Source: Myxococcota bacterium
Lineage (GTDB): Bacteria > Myxococcota_A > Polyangia > Polyangiales > Houyiibacteriaceae
DNA length: 15,445 nt
Assembly (NCBI GenBank): GCA_039030515.1
Contig: JBCCEA010000059.1
Span: forward strand, 1-15,445
Reading direction: 5' to 3'
Shown here piece after piece: positions 8,966 to 15,445 of this stretch (its first letter is position 1; every line of letters begins with the position of its first letter). A program made the translations under genes and the position numbers. A model generated the notes under the pieces. The model searched no databases. It saw nothing but the letters and a program-made list of their open reading frames with translations, and was not told where the DNA came from.

Positions 8966-9034
8966 GTGTCGCTGCTCGCGGTAGTGCAGTGTCGCTGCTC
9001 GCGGTAGTGCAGTGTCGCTGCCTGCGGTAGTGCA
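8966..9034. repeat. Three tandem 23-bp repeats GTGTCGCTGCTCGCGGTAGTGCA
   Basis: Copies at 8966-8988 and 8989-9011 are identical; 9012-9034 has CTC changed to CCT. Lies in the divergent intergenic region between the DNA methyltransferase and the kinase. Confidence 0.95.
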
Positions 9035-9076
9035 GTTTTTTGACCACGAGCTCCTTCAAGAGAGACCTTATCCTAC

Positions 9077-10072
9077 ATGTTGAGGGCCACGGGCGAACGC
9101 TCGGAGCTGCGTGGGACTGTCCTCGGGGGAAGCTATCGGGTGGGGGCCTGCATCGGCGCTGGAGGAACGGGCCTTGTATTCGAGGCGCGACGACTGGACG
9201 ACGGTGCGCTCTTTGCCGTCAAGATGCTTCGGCCGATCTACGCCGCACACACGGAACTCTGTCGACGGCTTCTTCGTGAGCGCGAGGTGAGTCGCTCGGT
9301 GCGCCATTCTGGAATCGTGCCGGTTGTGGATGAGGGACACCTTACGGACGGATCCCCCTACCTCGTCATGCCCCGTCTGAGAGGGGAGTCACTGGCGCAG
9401 TTGCTGCGGCGGGTAGGAATTCTTTCTTCGCCAGAGACCGCCGCGATCGGCATCCGTTTGGCTTCTGTACTGCAGTCTGCCCATTCTCGTGGTTTTGTGC
9501 ACCGGGATCTCAAACCTGAGCATGTACTGCTCGATCGTGCCTCTTGCGGTGCACTCGATATGCATCTCATCGATTTTGGGGTGGTTGCCTCGGTGACTGC
9601 ACCCCGTGAAGAGCGCGACGGTGAGCGAGGCAAAATATTTGGAACTCCGAACTATGCTTCTCCTGAGCAGGCTTGCGGGGATCCTTTTGTGGATGGGCGA
9701 TCCGACCTCTTTTCGCTGGGCATACTTCTTTTTGAATGCGTCTCGGGTGAGCTGCCGTACTGCGGAGACAACGTGGCGTCGCTTCTTCGGCAGATCATGA
9801 TGGCGGAGCCGCCCCGAGTCTCCTCGCTAGCGGGACATGTCGACGAGACCCTCGACCGGGTCATCGCCAGGGCGATGTCACGTTCGTCAGAGCAGCGCCA
9901 TCCTACGGCCCGGGCCATCGCTCGGGATCTGCGACCGGTTGCTGAGCCGCAACTTGGTGTCGAGAGGTTGCTTGCAAGCAGGCTACGGGTTGGCGGTGAG
10001 CAGCAAGAGCAAGTGGAAACCGTGAGGGAACGTGTTCCGCTTGCGGTCTGCGGTGCACCTAGCTTGGTCTGA
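9077..10072 (+). CDS. Hanks-type serine/threonine protein kinase (soluble, little beyond the catalytic domain)
   Basis: IGAGGTGLV glycine loop, AVK, HRDLKPEH, DFG, GTPNYASPEQ and SDLFSLG. No transmembrane segment is evident. Confidence 0.93.
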   Translation: MLRATGERSELRGTVLGGSYRVGACIGAGGTGLVFEARRLDDGALFAVKMLRPIYAAHTELCRRLLREREVSRSVRHSGIVPVVDEGHLTDGSPYLVMPRLRGESLAQLLRRVGILSSPETAAIGIRLASVLQSAHSRGFVHRDLKPEHVLLDRASCGALDMHLIDFGVVASVTAPREERDGERGKIFGTPNYASPEQACGDPFVDGRSDLFSLGILLFECVSGELPYCGDNVASLLRQIMMAEPPRVSSLAGHVDETLDRVIARAMSRSSEQRHPTARAIARDLRPVAEPQLGVERLLASRLRVGGEQQEQVETVRERVPLAVCGAPSLV

Positions 10073-10078
10073 GCGCCT

Positions 10079-10228
10079 GCATATTCTCCAGAGGACGCAC
10101 GGCAAGATTCTGGACAGAACCAGGACAAGCCGTACCAGGTACGGTAAAAGGCCGCATATTCTCCAGAGGATGCACAGCAAGATTCTGGACAGAACCAGGA
10201 CAAGCCGTACCAGGTACGGTAAAAGGCC
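10079..10228. repeat. Two tandem 75-bp repeats, each with the perfect interrupted palindrome CCGTACC-A-GGTACGG
   Basis: 10079-10153 and 10154-10228 differ at 2 positions. Palindromes lie at 10130-10144 and 10205-10219. The repeat starts 6 bp after the kinase stop. Confidence 0.95.
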
Positions 10229-10451
10229 GGCAACAGCTCGGTCGCCTCAGAAGCGATGACCGAGAGCTGAAACGATCCGCTCACATCCCTCCGGATGTGC
10301 AGACTTGAAGTGCCTCCCCGCGCATCCACCTAGCCTTAAACGAGGCTACGGGATCAAATCAATCGAGGTCTGCCGTGCGCAACGGCCGCATTTCGAAACG
10401 ATGCTAAGGGTGTCTCTGCGCGGTCACTCTGCGCGCGGAACATGCCTCGAA

Positions 10452-10456
10452 GGAGG
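10452..10456 (+). promoter_or_regulatory. Shine-Dalgarno site for sixA
   Basis: GGAGG at 10452-10456 (within AAGGAGGG) just upstream of ATG 10461. Confidence 0.7.
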
Positions 10457-10460
10457 GCGC

Positions 10461-10946
10461 ATGAAGATTCTGCTCGTGAGACATGCAGAAGCAGTCCCGT
10501 CCGAAAGAATGATGGACGATGCATCACGTTGGTTAACCCAGGCCGGACGATCTATGGCGCAGGCTCAGGGAGCTCGGCTCGCGAAGACCGGCGTGAGCTT
10601 GAGCTACCTCTGGACCAGCCCCTTGGTGCGCGCGGTGCAAACCGCCGAGCGAATGGCGCACTCACTCTCGTTTGACGGTGAAATCGGGGTGCTTTCCGAG
10701 CTGCATCCCGATCATGGTACGACCAGACAGCTTGTTTCTTGTCTCACCAATATCGAACCTGAAGCCAATGTGATGTGGGTCAGCCATATGCCGAAGGTGT
10801 GCGCACTAGTCTCCGACTTGACCGGGATAGAAGTGCCTCCCTTTCGAACGTCGCAGGTGGTTCAAATCGCGTTCAATCCGAGTGAGGGGTTGGCCCGTCT
10901 CGAATGGTCGCTCGAGCCCAGCTCGGGTCGATTCCTGAGGTACTGA
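10461..10946 (+). CDS. sixA: Phosphohistidine phosphatase SixA (histidine phosphatase superfamily)
   Basis: MKILLVRHAEA (RHx motif), RWLTQAGR, TSPLVRAVQTA and VSHMP. Length 161 aa with a good RBS. Confidence 0.85.
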   Translation: MKILLVRHAEAVPSERMMDDASRWLTQAGRSMAQAQGARLAKTGVSLSYLWTSPLVRAVQTAERMAHSLSFDGEIGVLSELHPDHGTTRQLVSCLTNIEPEANVMWVSHMPKVCALVSDLTGIEVPPFRTSQVVQIAFNPSEGLARLEWSLEPSSGRFLRY

Positions 10947-11097
10947 TCGCGAGCGAGCTTGAAATACAAGCCGCGTCCTGACGATGCGGAAACAAGCGCT
11001 CGCGTTCATGGGCTGAGGCGAAAAGGCGCCCCGAGTTCGCCATCGGGTAGGCTCGCAAGTTTTTTGTCCGGGCACTACAACTAAGGCGGAGGTGGAG

Positions 11098-11736
11098 ATG
11101 AAGCCAGCGACGTTGAGCGAGCTGCTGGAACGATTGCATCGCGATTTGGCGGAACGGTTTCAGCAAAGCGTTGAGGCACTTGAAGCGCGAGCGAACGCTG
11201 CGGATGAGCATGCTCAAGCCCGTCTGAGTGAGATGGACGAGCGTTCCGTTGCCGTGCTCCTCGAGCTGGGATCCGTTCGACGCTATGCGTTCTTGAAGGA
11301 ACGAGCTTTGCAGTTCGAGTCAAGCATAGAAGGTGTTGATGCCCCGATATGCTTTGCTTTTTCTCTTCCCGAGGACACGATCGAGCCATTGATCGACGCT
11401 TTGCGTCAAGCCGCCCCCGCCTCGGAGTCTATCGATCAAATATACCTGACCTCTCTTCGGGACACCGAGGCGCTATTTCAAACGCATCCCATCCGAATGC
11501 ACTTGACGGTCCAAGATATTCCGGGAGCGGGCACGTCGACGTTTTTCATCGGACTCGGAGTTTCAGAAGTGCCCAAGAATCCAGAGTTTACGGCGACCGT
11601 AAGTTATGACGACCTGAGGGAGCTCACCACACAGGGGTTTCAACCGCAGCAGCTGATGATGCAGGGCAAGGTTCGACTTCAGGGAGATTACTCTGCTGCG
11701 ATTCAGCTGGCCATGCAGTGGATGGCCAAGCAGTAG
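11098..11736 (+). CDS. Protein with a C-terminal SCP2 sterol/lipid-binding domain
   Basis: C-terminal PEFTATVSYDDLREL...QPQQLMMQGKVRLQGD matches the SCP2 pattern. GGAGG at 11088-11092 precedes ATG 11098. Confidence 0.75.
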   Translation: MKPATLSELLERLHRDLAERFQQSVEALEARANAADEHAQARLSEMDERSVAVLLELGSVRRYAFLKERALQFESSIEGVDAPICFAFSLPEDTIEPLIDALRQAAPASESIDQIYLTSLRDTEALFQTHPIRMHLTVQDIPGAGTSTFFIGLGVSEVPKNPEFTATVSYDDLRELTTQGFQPQQLMMQGKVRLQGDYSAAIQLAMQWMAKQ

Positions 11737-11834
11737 CCAGCTCAGAGAAACGAACTTGCGTCGCTGTCGACACGCTGAGTACCCTAGACCTGCCCTAAAA
11801 CTTGGGCAGGACGGATGATCACTTGGACCGCATT

Positions 11835-13616
11835 TTGAAGAATCGATTTGTTTTACCTGCGTTCGGCGCGAACGTTTTGCTGGTCCTCGTCGCTGTTTTG
11901 GCCGTGAATCCCTCGGGTGCCTCACTGATCGCAATTTTAGCGGTCGGTGTGGGTGGCTGGTTGATCGCAGTTTTCGGCATTTCGGTAGGGTCTTTGACGA
12001 AAAACGACGTCGATGCACTTGTGGCTTCCGTTCGAGGAGCTGCCGAAGGACGTCCCCCAAGTCGCCTCAGCGTACCGGAACTAGTCCCCTGCTACGAGGC
12101 GCTTCAGGATCTGGCTGATGACATCAATCGCCAGCACCGCTGCAGAGAAGAGATCTCCAGAAGCTCAAGCGACTTCGAGTCGCGAGCACTCGGGGCTGAG
12201 GCCGAGGTTCAGGAAGCTGCAGAGTCTCTCCGGAGGCTCCGGGACGAGTTACACACGGCCTCGAGTGCCCTCGGGCGCATGGAAGACAAAGCTGAGATCG
12301 AAGGAAAGAACGCGTCTCGACTCCGGGAAGAAGTGAGTGAGTGTGAGGCGGCGATAAGTGAACACGTGGAAGAGCTTTCGTCGGGTGTGCAAGAACAGGT
12401 CCGAGCCGTCGATCAGACCACTCAGTCGATGATGCAGATTGCAGCAGCCCTTCAGCAGATCGCGCAGCATGTGGAAGCCCTCGCGTCCAGTGCAGAGGAG
12501 AGCTCTTCCAGTATTTTGCAGATGACCGCCACAAACGATGAAGTTGCTGAAAACATGGCCAACCTGGCGGCGAGCGTTCGAGAAACCGTGTCTTCTATCG
12601 AAGAGATGGCGTACAGCATCAAAGAAGTTGCGCGCAACGTTGACGCGCTTTCGCTGACGGCAGAAGAAACTTCGTCGTCGATGAACGAAATGGACGTGTC
12701 CATCGATCAGGTGCAGTCCAACGCCAACGAAACAGCGCGTCTATCTGAGGAAGTTGCGCTAGACGCCGATCGCGGAGCTGAGGCTATTCTCAAGACCATT
12801 GAGGAGATCAACCGGATTCGGGAAACCTCCGGGGAAGCTGTCGACGTCATCAGCAATCTGGGTACTCGGATTGAAGCCATCGGAGACATCCTCAACGTGA
12901 TCGACGACGTGGCCGAGCAAACCAATCTCCTTGCTTTGAATGCTGCGATTATAGCAGCGCAGGCGGGAGAGCACGGCAAGGGCTTCGCTGTAGTTGCCGA
13001 CGAGATAAAGGACCTTGCAGAACGTGCGGGCGCGTCGACCAAAGAGATCGCAGAGTTGATCAAGACGATCCAGTCGGAGAGCAAAAATGCGATCACCGCC
13101 GTGGAGCGAGGCGCCCAGACCGTGGACCGAGGCGTTCAGGTGAGTGCTGACGCTGAAGAAGCCCTGAAAAAGATCCTCGAGTCATCTCAGAAATCAACCG
13201 GTATGGTGCGTGCCATCGCGCGTGCGACCGTAGAGCAAGCTAAGGGTAGCAAGCAGGTGACCGATGCGATTGGCAGAATTGCTGAAACCGTGCAACAAAT
13301 CGCTGCGGCAACAGCGGAGCAGGCTCGTGGCTCTGAGCTCATCATGAAGGGTGCAGAAAAAATGCGCATGATAACGCAGCACGTTGAGCGAAGCAGTCAG
13401 GAACAGGCTCGAGGCGGTCGCCAAATCAGTCAGTCCATCGAGAATATTTCCAATATGGTGAATCATCTCCACCAGTCCCATCGGCAGCAGGCAAATAGCT
13501 CTGAACAGACCCTGGTCGCAGCGCGCCGCATGCAGGAGTTGACCTCTGAGCAGGAGCGTCGATTGGCAGCAGTGGGTGGCGCCGCCTCGCGTCTACGCAA
13601 GGTAGGTCAAGGATAG
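11835..13616 (+). CDS. Methyl-accepting chemotaxis protein with two closely spaced TM helices and a long cytoplasmic coiled coil
   Basis: Signalling tip [42 protein letters not shown]; methylation-type heptads AEESSSS, EEMAYS and AEETSSS; N-terminal hydrophobic hairpin. Start at TTG 11802 or 11835. Confidence 0.93.
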   Translation: MKNRFVLPAFGANVLLVLVAVLAVNPSGASLIAILAVGVGGWLIAVFGISVGSLTKNDVDALVASVRGAAEGRPPSRLSVPELVPCYEALQDLADDINRQHRCREEISRSSSDFESRALGAEAEVQEAAESLRRLRDELHTASSALGRMEDKAEIEGKNASRLREEVSECEAAISEHVEELSSGVQEQVRAVDQTTQSMMQIAAALQQIAQHVEALASSAEESSSSILQMTATNDEVAENMANLAASVRETVSSIEEMAYSIKEVARNVDALSLTAEETSSSMNEMDVSIDQVQSNANETARLSEEVALDADRGAEAILKTIEEINRIRETSGEAVDVISNLGTRIEAIGDILNVIDDVAEQTNLLALNAAIIAAQAGEHGKGFAVVADEIKDLAERAGASTKEIAELIKTIQSESKNAITAVERGAQTVDRGVQVSADAEEALKKILESSQKSTGMVRAIARATVEQAKGSKQVTDAIGRIAETVQQIAAATAEQARGSELIMKGAEKMRMITQHVERSSQEQARGGRQISQSIENISNMVNHLHQSHRQQANSSEQTLVAARRMQELTSEQERRLAAVGGAASRLRKVGQG

Positions 13617-13622
13617 TTTTTT

Positions 13623-14141
13623 GTGTTGGGAATCGGTGCTGGTGAATTTACCGTCCTCATCGTAGTTCTGGTTCTCGTCGTTGGCCCGAAGGAGATGCCG
13701 AAACTGGTGCGCTCCTTCGCGAAGTTCATCAGAGAGTTTCGAAAAGCCTCGAATGAAGTTCGTGATTCTGTCGGTATCGATAAAATGATCCGAGAGGAAG
13801 AGCTCAAAGAGCTTCGAGAAATGCAGCGCCTCGCGCGTGAACGGCTCCAGTTGCCCGAGTCGCCCTCCACTCGCGGAACCTCGTCGGTTCGCGGCCATGC
13901 AATCAGCTCCGGATCCGGAAAGAGCAACTCAAAGTCCCTAGTATTGGAGGCGGATCAAAGTGAGCCTGAATCCCCAACGCAGGGAGCGACCTCTTCAGGC
14001 ATCGATGCTGTAGACCAACCGCGAAAAGTGCCTGAGCTCCTACAAGCACCAGACTCCATTCCGTTTGCAGTCGAGTCCGAGGACGAGACAATTCCAGACC
14101 TAGCGCCTCACGCAGCTTTGGCTGAACCGAAAACGGAATGA
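13623..14141 (+). CDS. tatB: Twin-arginine translocase subunit TatB (TatA/B family)
   Basis: MLGIGAGEF-TM-GPKEMP, then an amphipathic helix and a long disordered tail. Overlaps the tatC start (ATGA). Confidence 0.88.
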   Translation: MLGIGAGEFTVLIVVLVLVVGPKEMPKLVRSFAKFIREFRKASNEVRDSVGIDKMIREEELKELREMQRLARERLQLPESPSTRGTSSVRGHAISSGSGKSNSKSLVLEADQSEPESPTQGATSSGIDAVDQPRKVPELLQAPDSIPFAVESEDETIPDLAPHAALAEPKTE

Positions 14142-14980
14142 CGGATGGGCCTACCGCCGGGTCAGAGCAGGGACCCGAGGATGAGGTAGAGATGGAGTTC
14201 TTCGAGCACCTCGGCGAGCTTCGTACGCGCCTGCGAAACGCGATTCTTGGTTCGCTACCTGCAATCGGGGTTGCCTGGTTTTTCAAAGAAGAGCTGCTGG
14301 ACTGGCTGCTCCAGCCTCTTGTGGAGGCCTGGGAGGCGCTGAATCTTGGGAAGCCACAAATTCATTTTGCCAATCCCATAGATCCCTTCGTCGCATATCT
14401 AAAGATCTCGATCATTGTAGGGCTTATTGCGAGTGCCCCGTGGCTTTTTTGGCAACTTTGGGCATTTATCGCTCCGGGACTATACCGTCGTGAAAAACGC
14501 TTGGCGGTTCCCTTTGTTTTATTTTCGACGGTCTTTTTCGTAGGAGGCGTTTGGTTTGGGTACGAGGTGGTGTTTCCACTAGGCTTTGAGACTTTTCTGA
14601 GCTTTGCTGGCTTGTTGCCAAGTGAATCCATCGCTGTGTCTCCAACGCTGATGATCAACGAGTATCTCGGGTTTGCCACACGCATGCTGCTCGCCTTTGG
14701 AGTGGTGTTCGAGGTGCCAGTGATCAATACATTTCTATCGGCAGTTGGTCTCGTCACCTGGCGTCAATTGCTCGCCTTTGCGCGTTGGTGGATTCTGATC
14801 GCTGCTGTATTGGCAGCATTTCTGACTCCTCCCGATATCGCCTCTCAGTTATTGATGCTCGTTCCACTCGTAGCTTTATATTTTCTGTCGATTGGATTTG
14901 CTGCTCTATTTGGCATTCGCCACGCGCGTCAGAGGTCAGCAGAGCACGAACAGGCCCAATCCAAGGGCTACGAACGTTGA
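14138..14980 (+). CDS. tatC: Twin-arginine translocase subunit TatC
   Basis: FFEHLGELRTRL, WQLWAFIAPGLYRREKR, FGVVFEVP and AAFLTPPD, with multiple TM segments. Confidence 0.96.
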   Translation: MTDGPTAGSEQGPEDEVEMEFFEHLGELRTRLRNAILGSLPAIGVAWFFKEELLDWLLQPLVEAWEALNLGKPQIHFANPIDPFVAYLKISIIVGLIASAPWLFWQLWAFIAPGLYRREKRLAVPFVLFSTVFFVGGVWFGYEVVFPLGFETFLSFAGLLPSESIAVSPTLMINEYLGFATRMLLAFGVVFEVPVINTFLSAVGLVTWRQLLAFARWWILIAAVLAAFLTPPDIASQLLMLVPLVALYFLSIGFAALFGIRHARQRSAEHEQAQSKGYER

Positions 14981-15004
14981 GACGCGGGTCTGCGACTGCG
15001 AAGC

Positions 15005-15183
15005 AACCTGACCGGGTACCAACCTGACCGGGTACCAACCTGACCGGGTACCAACCTGACCGGGTACCAACCTGACCGGGTACCAACCTGACCGGGTACC
15101 AACCTGACCAGGTACGGCCGTGGCAGCCCCCAGAACCTGACCAGGTACGGCCGTGGCAGCCCCCAGAACCTGACCGGGTACGG
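15005..15183 (-). repeat. Composite tandem array: 6 x 16-bp AACCTGACCGGGTACC, 2 x 33-bp AACCTGACCAGGTACGGCCGTGGCAGCCCCCAG and a final partial unit
   Basis: The 16-mers span 15005-15100 and are all identical. The 33-mers are at 15101-15133 and 15134-15166, and the last core is at 15167-15183. The reverse complement contains the left-array core CCGTACCTGGTCAGG. Confidence 0.95.
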
Positions 15184-15445
15184 TGTTTCGCTGCTGGCCC
15201 TCTGCGGCTTGGCGAAGATGTTTCGCATTCTACAAAGCCCGGCGGCGCCCTCGCCCAAAGGCGCGTGGATGAACGCAGGACTCTTCTTCGGCTTGTCTGC
15301 TGCAGCCAATCCGGTGATCGCCCTCGTGGCGGCCCTATGCATTCTTCCTCGTTTATTGCATCTAGTTTGCACGAGCCGCATCGGCCGCACCGGGTGCCTA
15401 CACGCGATCGTCGGCGGATGTATCGGCCTTTTGCCCTATCTTTGG
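15179..15445 (+). pseudogene. Partial polytopic membrane-protein frame, possibly a 5'-truncated DUF2723/TMEM260-like glycosyltransferase (runs off the window)
   Basis: Open frame YGVSLLALCGLAKMFRIL...AGLFFGLSAAANPVIALVAALCILP...GGCIGLLPYLW with hydrophobic segments. First ATG is at 15218 and an in-frame TGA lies upstream at 15089-15091. Family resemblance is from memory only. Confidence 0.35.

Noticed and set aside
8284..9030. 248-aa + strand ORF and other long antisense ORFs (for example 9652..10329 and 14968..15390)
   Set aside because: They are shadow frames of well-supported genes or repeat translations, with no recognisable motifs.
10305..10460. N-terminal extension of SixA
   Set aside because: A strong RBS precedes ATG 10461, where the family's RH motif region begins.
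10978..10992. Hammerhead ribozyme core (CTGACGA...GAAA)
   Set aside because: Only 4 nt are available for stem II, and there is no correctly placed stem I or UH cleavage site.
2..15183. Transposon or island bounded by the inverted outer arrays
   Set aside because: No transposase or integrase, the content is housekeeping or signalling (greB, tatBC), and the same motif also occurs internally.

Overview
Chromosomal window that looks myxobacterial (Myxococcota), inferred from gene content. It holds two tandem sigma54-dependent NtrC-family response regulators, a SAM methyltransferase, greB, an acyltransferase plus atypical SDR pair, a Cys-rich lipoprotein, an orphan N4-cytosine-type DNA methyltransferase, a Hanks-type Ser/Thr kinase, sixA, an SCP2-domain protein, a chemoreceptor with no sensor domain, tatB-tatC and a partial membrane-protein frame at the right edge. 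Two things stand out. (1) The methyltransferase at 3380-4216 (-) matches the eukaryotic protein-histidine methyltransferase METTL9/DREV motif by motif over its whole length, compared from memory of the human sequence. (2) One near-palindromic motif (perfect form CCGTACCWGGTACGG) occurs 17 times in three intergenic arrays, with periods of about 35, 75 and 16/33 bp. No transposase, integrase, cas gene, tRNA or rRNA was recognised. All family assignments come from motif recognition; no database search was run.
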